Below, in pieces: positions 52,602-64,000 of a stretch of DNA of 64,000 nt. The stretch covers positions 124,001 to 188,000 of the forward strand of contig JAHLTZ010000019.1 of assembly GCA_025786725.1 (NCBI GenBank). The letters run 5' to 3'. Source of the stretch: Syncephalis fuscata S228 (taxonomy: Eukaryota > Fungi > Zoopagomycota). Each line of letters starts with the position of its first letter. Position 1 is the stretch's first letter. Position numbers and translations under genes: made by a program. A model generated the notes under the pieces. It was not told the origin of the DNA and did no database searches. It saw nothing but the letters and a program-made list of their open reading frames with translations.

Positions 52602-53865
52602 ATGCCCAACACAATGCCTGCTATTGGATACGCAAATATGAACGGCATGGCCACCCATCACAATTACTACAGTCAATCGCAAAAGCGTTGGTTAAACTCT
52701 GCAGCTGTTAATACTGCTTCTATGATGGCTGGTCAATTGGCACCAGGCCGTGTCATGACCGATTTATGTATGGCCACTCTCGTGACCTTGTACCCAAGCA
52801 CGCAGCCTGGCAGCGAACGCGTTTCTACATTGCGCTGCTTTGTGCAAGCCGTTCTTGATGCTGCAGCCGTTTCGGCTGATGTAGTTATCCTGGCTCTTTA
52901 CTATTTGCGCCAGGCCTCCTCTAACAACGAGGCACCTTTAATGTCAAAAGTGGTAGATGCTAATGGCATCTGTATCGATGGCAGCGATAGTATGACTTCG
53001 CTTCAGTATTTATCAGGCGAAGAAGACACTCCAGCAACTCAGTTGCGAGTACGCTTTGTAGCTGCTCTTACATGTGCGCACAAGTTTGACGCTGATGCCG
53101 CATACACTACACGTACATGGGCCGATCTTGGCGGTTTGAATACCGCTGTGGTCGTGCGCGCCGAACGTGAACTGCTTGCACAGCTCGACTTTGTTTTAAA
53201 CGTATCACGCGATACACTATACACTTTCCGTGAGGAAATCAATCAATGGATGGTAACATCGGCTATGGAACAACAAGCTGCCGTCTACACCACCACCATA
53301 CCAATGAAAAGCCAGCCGTTGCCAACTATGCTTGCCAGCGCATGCAAGGTATGATAATGGGCCGCTGTGGCTGTGTATCATGTGCTGCATATATGGCTGC
53401 AAACAACAGCGAGTCCGTCAGTCCTAATACAAGCCCATCAAGCTTCCATCATCATATGTGGTCCGCTCAGGCGAATTACGGCTATGATATGTCATGGCCA
53501 GCCACACCCACCAATGCTTTCTCATTCGCACCCGATGATTACTTTGCAGCATCACGTTATGCTTATGCGCATGCATCGGTGGTAGCGGCTGCTGCTGCAT
53601 CGGCTGCCCATTCAAATAACGGGGTAGTGCACCATACTACTCGATGCCACAGCCTTATCAATCGCAAGAGGCATCGCCAGTAACTTATGCCGCACCCACC
53701 GCTGTTATGGCCATGCCCGAACCTCAATCGTCGGTGTGGCAAGCAGCTGCCAACGGCTGTTACTCACATGCCGCGATGGCCGATTACAGCAACCATTTTG
53801 ACATGGCTTTTCCGGCCAACACGGCAACAATGATGCCACAGCCAGTTGCTTTCTATGCATACTAA
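52602..53865 (+). CDS. Pho85-type cyclin (Clg1/Pcl-like)
   Basis: Cyclin box VSADVVILALYYL...FVAALTCAHKFDADAAYTTRTWADLGG...AERELLAQLDFVL. The low-complexity tail with CGCVSC is spread over three ORFs linked by two -1 shifts (about 53307 and 53641). Confidence 0.82.
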
Positions 53866-54553
53866 TTCTATGTTACAATGTGCGTACTATGCTTACTATT
53901 TTCGTTGAAGTACCCTCTATTTGAAAATTATATTGAATGTCTATATGTGACATTCGATAATGCTTATGTTTTCCCGACAATGTTCCGTATCGACGCAACT
54001 TGTCTCTTACACTATTGCTGTTATTCCCTCTGTTTGAAGATAGTAACTACTGCAGTTACTGCACGCTAATTCATTCACTCATTTATTCATTTGATCTCAT
54101 ACACGGTGTGACTTTCAGTACTCGAGTTGATACTGTCTTTCTCTCTTTCCTTTTCAATTACTCGCGGTCGAGTGTGATAATACATATCCAACTGTAGGTT
54201 GGGCTTTTTCACTACCAGTAAAGTTCATGTAATTCTTTGCCCTTTCTCCTTTCCGATTCAACAACTACTGCACCAATCACCACAGCTACAAATATATACA
54301 TCCGTGCATTATTTACTAGTATTTTAGATAAATCTGGTTAATAATTTATATTTGTGTCTTTTATATACATTAATCCCCATTATGACTGCATTTTAACATT
54401 GCAAACTAACTGACTATCATCATTGCGTAGATGGCATTTATTCCTTTACATTTAATCGTATATAGCGGTTAAACTGGCATTTTCACTATAATAAATAGTT
54501 TCATTATATCACTTAACGATTATGCTTATGTGTATTATACAGTAACATATAGC

Positions 54554-54985
54554 CTACCATAGTACAACTGGACGATCATATCGTGAAGCAGGTCGTTCAC
54601 TTGGTGCTGGTAGTCCATCTGGACAGCGTAAACGCGGCTTATCCACCGCTGTCTACATAATAACAACAATAATATGGAAACAACGATTAGTTATTAATAA
54701 ATAGATTTAAACATACAACACTTGCTTACTTCTTTAGCAGTAGTTGCCGGCTTCCGTAATAGATTTGGTTTGCTGCCAAGTAAATCGTCTAAGTAATTGA
54801 CAAAGTAAGTATAGTATAAATGATTGCTTGTGCCACTAGTCTATTACTTGTCGTGTAGTTAGCACAATAGCTTGTGGGTATATCCATGCACCCGAACGAA
54901 TAGGCTGTCCTGTAGCAGGGAATCCAGTAGCGGGTGTAGTATCTGTCTTGCGAAGAAGATCGTAATAGGAATGAGCTGACGACAT
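54554..54985 (-). CDS. Small three-exon hypothetical protein (about 84 aa)
   Basis: MSSAHSYYDLLRK...PIRS|DDLLGSKPNLLRKPATTAKE|TAVDKPRLRCPDGLPAPSERPASRYDRPVVLW*, joined by phase-compatible GT-AG introns. Exons are more GC-rich than the flanks. Confidence 0.5.
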
Positions 54986-55178
54986 AGCTGTTGAGTTATA
55001 GCGAGTAAAAAAGAATAAGAAAGTGTATAAAAACAATAAATACTATTAATGTTATTATCGTTATCGTTATTATTATTATTATTATTAACAGTTTATTAAG
55101 TAACACATGGATCTATAGCATTATCTATATAGTAGATATATGAATAGATACCACTTTATCTTTTATCTTGTATATGGT

Positions 55179-56924
55179 TTAAGCCAAGCTACCAAGTCGC
55201 TCGATGGCATCGCATAGATTGGACATTTCTGTACGAATGCTTTGGGCATATTGTTGCACCTTCTTTTTGCTATCGAGTACTTCAATGGATTCGGTGTATG
55301 GATTGTAGCGAACCGAGAATGGTCGCTTCAAACTAGCAGCAAACTCGCGTACTTTATCCTTTGCATCTTTAAAGCTATCAGCAACAAAGTAGACAGGCTG
55401 ATACTCGGTAATTGGATACTTTTGCAGTGCAACCTTATTAGGCTCAAATGCTCGATGTTCCGGCTTATCAGTCAGTGCATATTCCAGCTCGCCAAATGAT
55501 GATAGTAGACCTGCACCATACGCACGTACTTTATCTCCTTCGCGGCAAAGTCCAACTCGACCGTAAACCAATAGATCTATTCATTAATAGCCATAAGTAC
55601 TCATATACAAATCTGGTTATTTGTTAACTTACTGTGGACAGCTTTTCAATATCCTCATCACTAGCACCTAGCGAGGCAAGACCAATCTCTTGAGAAAAGT
55701 CGGCAAAGTCTGGATCTGCAAACAATGGAGCATGTCCAAGTAGTTCATGACAGACATCGCTATATAATTAATATTGTTCGTGTTAATGTTCGTGCTATAA
55801 CAAAAGTGATAAGTATTCAATACATACGGTTCAGGTGTGTATAGTGGTTTTGATTCATGTCGAATATACTGTGTAGAGTGGAATACTCTAAAGGCCAATG
55901 CATTCAAGAAATCGCGTGAACTCAATAGACCCATGACCGGTCGAAGTGTAAATCCAGTGCATTCTATTTAATCTATAAGCATTGATGCTTATCAGCAACC
56001 AATAGTTTACCTTTAAGAAAGCGTGAAGTATCTTCAAGTTGTGGAATATTGTCCTCTTTGTAGCCACAGTTACGCATAAGTAACGGGAATACATACTGAT
56101 GTTCGTGGCAAGCATAGTTTGGAAACAGTTCGGTAAGCTTGCGGAAAACGACGCCCCTATAATTAAATATTAAATATACGAGTAGATCCTTTGTTAATAG
56201 GCTACTTACCAGGTGGCAGTCTCTGTAGCAGTATATTCGACATGTGGCAATGGTTGACCACTAAATGTGATATTAATCATTAGATAGTCATTATAAATAA
56301 ACTATATAACCTACTGTTTATACGTACGAGCAATACGTGTAATTTCTGCTCTACGCTTACGATAAGTTTCATCCTTAAAGCCAGGATGATCAGCATCTAA
56401 TAATTCAGTTAGATAAAATAGCTGTATAGTTTGATACTTACCAAGCTCTTCGCCCATTTCTAGCACTTTCTCAGCAAAGCCATCAAGATCAGAAATCTTA
56501 CGCGGGAACCAAGGTGTTTGGTCAACACCGTCCAAGACATTGCTTTGACTTAATCCAGCCTTGCCTACTAGACGGACGTGCTTTGCTAATGGCTGCAAAG
56601 TCTCCTGTACCTTTTGTACCTATATAGTTATATAGGATATTAATAAATCTTTATTCAATCTTTATTATAGTATTATCCTACCTGGCCATCATCTTTAGCA
56701 ACAAAATCAATAAAGAAATCGTAATCCCAGTCGCGAGTTCGACTTGGCCGCGACTCAATACGAGTCAACGACACACCAAGATCTCTTAAAGCCGATAGAC
56801 AACTATCAAGTGCGCCTACACGGTCAGTCACCGAAAGAATAAGCGACGTACGTCTAGTAGTATCCGTATCGTCAGCGATATAGGATTGGTGTTGGGAGGC
56901 GTGCGAGATAGACGACGACGACAT
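55179..56924 (-). CDS. PAH: Phenylalanine-4-hydroxylase with N-terminal ACT domain
   Basis: ACT with GAL and LTRIESRPS; [48 protein letters not shown]|[31 protein letters not shown]. One T is apparently missing at about 55554. Confidence 0.95.
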
Positions 56925-57279
56925 AGTAATGATATAAAGCTAAACAGTGGTAGCAGTGGTAGCAGTAGCAGTAGCAGCAATAGAGCTATTCAAGTGAAGC
57001 AAGTAGTTCTGATAAAAAAGTGCGTAGAAAGTATAAAGAAGGAAAGGAAAGAGGAGGGCGGAAGTACGTAATTCATTTACGTCTTTTATCGTGGGAATAA
57101 TAAAAAAGCGCCCTTGCCTATTGCCTATTTGCCTTTTCTCTAATCACGTCATTTACGCTATTCACATCTATTCACGTCATCTATACAGTTTCTATCAATA
57201 TTGTTTATTTAATTTGAAGCATTAAACAGATGATAGTTATCGTAATTATTTATTATTATAGCAGAACAATATTAAACAT

Positions 57280-58803
57280 TTAGGATAAATCATCATTATT
57301 GTGAGATGATGGTCGTAGACTAGTAATTAAATTACTAATTGCCTGGGCTGTATCTTTATCAATAGAAATCGTTTTATCGTCCTTTTCCTCATAACGTGCA
57401 CGCTTCTGACGTAATTGTTCAGCACGCAAGGCCAATTGTTCTCGTCGTTTGTCACGTATATTTTGATGTGAGGCTCGTTTTTGTTCCGTCTATATTGTTC
57501 ATATATTAAAGTATTAACGATTGAATATCTAGTATTTACTAACTTACTTCAGCTCTTATTTCATTTAATTTCTGTAGTTGCTTGGCTCGTTCTTCTTCTG
57601 ACTGGGCAAATTGATAGTATCCCACGCCTTTTGTACGTATTTCTATCTAATAGTATTAGTATTGTATATTGATCTAAATCGACTATAGATACTTGCCTTT
57701 ATTGGCATTATAATGTAAATCTTTATCTTCATAATTATTATTAAATATATTGTTATCATTACTATTACTGTTAGTTACCTTTACTATCGGCTCTAGCCTC
57801 TTCTTCCCAACGCTGTCTTTCTTGTTCACGTCGCATATCAGCTGACATTAATTCAGGCATATCAGCATTACTTGCTGCTTCATTATTATTATTTGCTCTA
57901 TAGTATAAATCATTAATATAATAGCTGATTACATTCTACAGTACAATAGACTACTTACAGTAAAGACTTTGGCATATCTCGCTGTCTTATAGTACGTGTT
58001 CGACCAAATTCATCTGTATAATCTACCCATGCATCTGGACTATTTGAATATGTTGCTCTCCCTTCATCTTTAATTTCTAAATGATCATTTTGACGCTTTC
58101 TACTTGTTATTGATTCACTTCTATCCTCTATTGGATCATTGTCACGCTGGTCGTCACTACTGTCATCACTATCACCTGTCTACAGTATGGCTTGGTTAAA
58201 TACATTCAATATTAATATGATCTGCAATCAGCTTACTTGTTCACTATAATCCCATCGCTTCTTATCAAAGTCCACAAGTAGTGTATCACTTGTCGATTGG
58301 CTGCTATCTACAGCAATGTTAATAATAGTTACAAAAGTATGCACCATGAATATTTACCTTCCAGTTTCCCTTGTTGTAATTGTTTATAGAGCTGTGCCTT
58401 TCGTTCAAGGGCCTTTCGACTATTCTCTAGGTTGATTGCATCTTCTGAAGTGGCCTGGGCATCTCGAGCATTCCGTTCACTTACTCCACGGTTCTGACTT
58501 GTCCAGACCGTTTTAGCCTTCTAATAAGCATAACATGTATTATGTAACGCTTCTTCATTAAAACAGTAATTACTTACCTTTTGATGTTTCTTGGCCGGTA
58601 CATAACCTTTTGTGGCTGATGACCGTTTCTCCCGTTCAAACTGATCTGTAGCCCGAAATATTTCTGCTTTCAAGTCAAGTACCTATGCATACATTCAATA
58701 CGATTGCTCAATTTTACTTTACATTATCTAGTTAACCTACTGTAGTAGCACTAACGTCAATCAACTGCTTTGCTTTGTTGGTATTTCTATTGTTTGTTGT
58801 CAT
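57280..58803 (-). CDS. CCDC174: CCDC174/DUF4078 coiled-coil protein; multi-exon, not in ORF track
   Basis: Hand-spliced: IDVSATT|VLDLKAEIF, QNRGVSERNARD, SRKALERKAQLY, LLVDFDKK, WVDYTDEFGRTR, ELMSADMRREQERQRWEEE, HYNANKEIRTKGVGYYQF. GC-AG intron at 57643-57696. Confidence 0.85.
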
Positions 58804-59359
58804 TATTCTTATTATTCTCCTTCTTATTTGTTGATGTATTGATTAGATCAGTCAAGTGAATACAAGGTACTATGATTAATAAACACTATGTGGATATATG
58901 CGTACAGACATGTGTGTGTGTGTGTTTGTGTGTGTGTTGTTCATAGACCGTCGTGACTCTTGATTCTTTTACTCTCCTCGCATACAACGACTGATATCAT
59001 TAAATTCTTTCTTATTCTATACTCGTTTATTTGTCATATACTGTATTCCACCAGATATATCGTACACAGTTACGGCTAAGACTTGACAAGTAGTTCTTTT
59101 GGTGTATTTAACAAGTGTGCATGCACGAAGAGTTATTGGCTTGTCACTGTGCATAAATCCCTCTATTGCCACTACCAATTAAGCAGGTTCATCTTTCGCC
59201 CCTTTCTATCTTTTGTCTATAAGTGTTATTGCTAAAATACGTTGAATTGGCACTTTTCTACCGATTGTAAGAGAAAAGATTAGACTGTGGCTAGTTTGAC
59301 TCCTTGGCCGTTTAAGAAAGTGCAATTGCCCATACCAATTGGATTCTTTGTTATTACTA

Positions 59360-62077
59360 ATGACCTCTACCGCAACTGACGGACAGGAACCGGCAACGTC
59401 GTTGTCGTCAGCTGCATTATCGTCTGTATCGTCACCCGTGCCATCAAATTGAATGTATCCGCTGTAGCAGCTATTGGTCCAAGAGAAGGCACTCCCGAAT
59501 ATGCCGCCAGTAACAACAGCCTAAGTGCCTGCAGTTCTTCAGCGTCTAGTACACCTAGCAACGAACCACAAACTACATCTAATGAAACAGATAAATTAGA
59601 AGAGCTAGGTGCCATTCGTATTCCAGTCACTCCACATTCTTTAACGCAAAATAAACGGGAGTCATTCACGTTTATACCTCGACCAACTTCTGAGGATGTA
59701 GTATCAGTGCATGGCTCATTTCCAGAAGACAATACACGTGGAGTGCTGTCCAATAGTCCGCATCAATATCCTCTACCTGTGGACAGAGATTCACCTCAGT
59801 TTTATGACCGGAATAATGCGTATATTCAAGTTAGAAATGATACTGGTGGTGATTTCAAACGATTATCTAACTCTAGCGACGATGGTTCAGAAGATTCAGA
59901 AGATTTGGATGATTCAGAGAATTTAGATACGGATAATTCAACGCATATAAGTAAGAAAAAGTTGAATGTAGTTACTCATCGGCATCAAAACGATGTAGAA
60001 GATGAGGCAGAATCAAATGTAAATACTTCAACTGTGTTTGTTACATCGCCATGTTCTCCTGGCATATTTGTAACGAATGAGGATGCAGATGCAGACTTGG
60101 TAACAGTGGCAAGAATGTCTAATGATCAAAGAGCTGAAACCAGTGACACTTTTTCTAATGACCATCCAGTGCCTGAGGTGGAGAACGTGTTGCCTGGTTG
60201 GCATGATGCCGTTCGGAGTGCCGGTACGCCTAATAGCGCCAATTCGGGAACATTAAAACTGCCTACGGGCGAATTTGTATCGGCAGTTTATGATGTAGCA
60301 GCTGATTTCAATCGACGTCTTTCTAATTGGTGGCACTCACATAGATTAGAAGAAATACCACAGGATCTAACTAAATCAATTAACGAGTCTGAATCAAGTA
60401 CTGAATTCACTGATGTCAATGATACAGCCACCAACCAGAAAACTGATAATAATAATAATAATAATAATAATAACGAGTCTACTACCTCAGCACCATCAGG
60501 CGTTGATTCTTTAGCCTCCTCTTCATCGTTATTATCAGCTTCATTTACTTATCGTAATCTTTGGTTACTTGGCAATCGATATACGATGACTAATGAATTA
60601 CCAAGAGAATTTCGTCTTGATTTCTATTCTCGTATTTGGTGCACGTATCGTTCGGATTTCGAGGCCATTGGCGAGACGGAATATACCTCGGATGCGGGAT
60701 GGGGCTGCATGCTACGAACGGGTCAGTCTTTATTTGCTCAAGCGCTGCTATTTCATTATATAGGACGTGGTAAGCTAGCCAGAAATGTGTTATTAATCAA
60801 ACATTGATGCAAATACTCTAGATTGGCGATGTGGACCAACAAACAAGAAAACGATAGAGGAATATGCTAAAGTATGCTATAGATAAATTGATAACAAGCG
60901 CCGGTATTAAACATTAATATAACATCCTAGATTCTATCTTGGTTCCATGATAGTGCAGAGGCGCCGTTTAGTTTGCATAATATTGCATTATTAGGAGAAA
61001 AGCATGGTAAAAAAGTTGGCGAATGGTTTGGTCCATTTACGGTAGCCAATGTTATACAGTAAGTAATTTGATAGGCAATATAAACTTAACTTGAAGCAAC
61101 TATATTAATGTAATCTATACTAGTCAATTAAATGAGAAATTTGATAAATCGCCATTACATATTCATGTGGCATCCGATGGTGTTATTTATCGCGATTTAA
61201 TTCCAGGTGCCGGTAAGGCGACGCCTGAAACTTGCACGGCAAAACAATCATTATTATCGGCACAATTAGCTCAGACACTTGGCCGTTCAACGCCTAAAAA
61301 CCAGACAGCATTAAATGACAGCGAATTTAAACCGACACTTATTCTTTTGGCTATTCGATTAGGCACTGATAAGTTGAATCCTATTTATCATCCTGCTGTA
61401 AAGGTAAGCATTAAATTACACATCATTGATTCATATTAACTTTACCTAGATGTGTTTGGCCTTTCCTCAAAGTGTTGGTATTGCTGGGTAAGTGCTATTT
61501 ATGTATTAATACATTGTTAATCATGCATTAAATATTAGTGGTCGTCCCTCTGCTTCTTTATATTTTATTGGATTTGATGGTAAATACTATTTATTAGTAT
61601 AATAACAACAATAATAATAATATTTGTTATTATTGTTACAGGAGATGATTTGTTCTTTTTAGATCCTCATTGTACACGAACCACAGTGACCACAAAAAAT
61701 TACAATAATTATACTGAAGAAGTAGGTTATTAGTATTAATATGGGGCATTTCTAACTATATGTTAAATAGGATTTGGCAAGTTATCATTGCCCTCGACCA
61801 AGAAGTATTCGTATTCACCGACTAGATCCGTGTATGCTTATTGGATTTTACTGTCGGGACCGCGATGATTTTGATGATTTATGTCGACGAGCTAGACTGG
61901 TAGGCTACTTTTATATTATTAGTATAATAATGCTAGTATAAAGACTAATATAATCATTGAATAAATTAGGTGGCAGAACTGGGCACTCCTATATTTTCAA
62001 TTGAACCATCAGCACCTGTTTACGATGATGATTCGTCAGTTGTTTCACTTGGCGGGTCAGATTCTTTTATACTTTAG
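59360..62077 (+). CDS. ATG4: Cysteine protease Atg4 (peptidase C54) with long N-terminal extension
   Basis: DFYSRIWCTYR, SDAGWGCMLRTGQ, PFSLHNIA, GEWFGP, FPQSVGIAG|GRP, FLDPH, SYHC, LDPCMLIGFYC. The ATG at 59360 needs one extra base near 59445. Confidence 0.93.
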
Positions 62078-62544
62078 TTCATTATTATGCAATAAATTAA
62101 CTATTCACACTAATATGTTAAATTACGACCAAAAAAGAATAAAATTATAATAGTGATCACGTATTTATGCTATATTAACAAATATATAGATATAAAATAG
62201 AATAAAAATAGTGTCATGCTGAGTGTGTAATCTATGTTGGATCAAATATTGATTATAATCATATTGCCATTTAATAAAGTGTAATGGCATCTAATTGCTA
62301 TTTGGAATGCTTATATACCTATTGTTGATTATACATAGATTATTATTAATTTTGTTTGATGCTTTAATGAATATATACACGAATTATTTTGTATTATTTG
62401 CAATAGTCGTTTATTTATAATATATATGCTTCATATAAACCATTGACACATGTATTAATTTGACTTATAACTGTATTTGATAAGATATCTTGAAGATATT
62501 TTACTTCTATACTTAATCTGGCTGAACTATTGTTTTAATCATGT

Positions 62545-64000
62545 TTAAAAACGTGGCTTTTTTGTTATTTTCAGTTGTATTTTACTAGAATGTATCATTG
62601 GATTGTAAATATGGCCTGTATGCATGTCAATAAATGATTTTTTCTCATCTCTTTCTTTAAGTATTGCGCATAGGGATCCAAAAAGTGGAGCAATATATCC
62701 GTCTAATGGACAAGTAATTGAACGTAGTAGATTTCCATTTTGAGCATACAAGACATCGAATATTCACTTATGTTGAATGAAAATAAGCTTCTCCCTGTAT
62801 AATTTGGTAATTATCATGCTGTTTATATTTTGACTTCATAATACACGCCTTTGGTCGGAACTATCAGCTAGTAGTAATTGGCCGTAATCTTTGTTTTTAC
62901 ATAGTGATTGTAATAAACTGTTTGATAAAAACTTGCCCATTCCAAACAATAGCAATAAAATGCTAAAATTTGTATCATTAGTGGACTTTTTAAAATTGTT
63001 TACATATCTTATATTAATTAAGCAAATCTTCTCCATATACATCTTAGCACGAATTAAAACGTTTGAGCAATATGGGATGCTGAATTAATTAAATAAAATC
63101 TTTTTACACTGATGCTGCCCTTGTTGAACGTTAAATAAACTTCATTGGATATGCATCAATCGATTGTCAACATTAACTGCTTGCAGGTTTTGAATATTTA
63201 TAGACGTAGGATCAGTATCAAATTATACAAAGTCGTGTATTATTTTTCACGTTAATAATTGAAATTGATTACGAAAAATGAACTGAACAGAGATGGACGG
63301 TTTATTCATAGGAAATTCTGGACCATGTATCCATTATTTTTTATTTAGATTAACTAACTCAAATCTTTTCCATGACTCTTGTACATTGAAAGTCTTTAGC
63401 AGCATCCACTTGTCAAAAATACTATTTAAATAAAGTATTAATTGCTGTTTAGCTTTATCTACGCTTTGAAGGTAGATGAAATCAGGAGACGGATTGCCAG
63501 CATGACGCCATACTACCATTGCATCTCGGCGGCGTCTTTTTCGTCTATTTAACGATTCGATGACTGATGAACTAATAGAGTATTTATTTCCTCTTATGTA
63601 ATTTGCCTCCATTTCATTATATATTTATTATTGTAATAGCATTGATAAACAATTAATACCGTCATTATCATAACTAATTATTATTTATCTATTGGATCGC
63701 CAATATTTATAAATTTTACGTCATTGTATGTATTATGAGAATATTGGCTAAACGAACCGATGTGTTTTGTAGACATATTTAACTATGACTTTGCCATTAA
63801 ACAAGAGTAATGACAAAAAATAGCTAATTCTTTCCATGCTAGTTCTTTGTTGCTGTACTTATTCTTCTTGCTAAAAATATCGTGTTGAATTGACCAGACT
63901 GTTGAGCCTTCTTCATCCTGAACCAAGCCATACCAAAAATTTACGTCGATTATTTCCAGTTGAGTAAATTTCCTGATCGGTAGTCGGCACGATCGTTTTT
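62545..64000 (-). pseudogene. Degraded or error-ridden intronless ORF of an unidentified family; continues beyond the window
   Basis: Co-oriented protein-like fragments (63334-63612, 62836-63042, 62545-62751 and a reading near 63790-63970) broken by several stops and frameshifts, with no intron signals that repair them. Confidence 0.35.

Noticed and set aside
53246-53865. Programmed -1 frameshifting in the cyclin tail
   Set aside because: No slippery heptamer with a downstream structure, and the same -1 pattern appears in UPF1, PAH, ATG4 and tyrosinase, so assembly error is simpler.
1-64000. tRNA, rRNA, CRISPR arrays, autonomous transposons and U12-type introns
   Set aside because: I saw no cloverleaf, repeat-spacer array, transposase or RT motif, or RTATCCTT donor by eye. 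tRNAscan, Rfam and repeat searches would be needed to exclude them.

Overview
Eukaryotic, AT-rich, intron-dense fungal DNA. Short GT-AG introns, a phenylalanine hydroxylase and a secreted tyrosinase point to an early-diverging lineage; a Syncephalis-like zoopagalean is my inference, not a database result. In order, the window holds: the 3' end of UPF1, NUP133, NTA1, CDT2, a secreted GDSL hydrolase, an F-box/LRR protein, a DUF1749 hydrolase, a tyrosinase, a mitochondrial carrier, GND1, a complex I NDUFA7-like subunit, an AVT amino-acid transporter, SWS1/ZSWIM7, a Rad5-family SNF2-RING ATPase, eIF3c, a second F-box/LRR, a five-module RNA end-healing/sealing protein (2H phosphoesterase, TPR-like, Cys phosphatase, P-loop kinase, RNA ligase), a Clg1/Pcl-like cyclin behind about 6 kb of non-coding leader, a small orphan gene, PAH, CCDC174, ATG4 and a degraded ORF remnant. 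SWS1 and CCDC174 are absent from the ORF track and were assembled by hand. The best leads are: (1) the RNA repair gene, with clustered TGA(C/G)TCA sites upstream and a frame junction that a weak intron would fix; and (2) a roughly 290-nt element with mutually exclusive helices just after a splice donor in the cyclin leader. Several conserved genes have single-base deletions that look like assembly errors. All calls are by eye, and exon boundaries are approximate.
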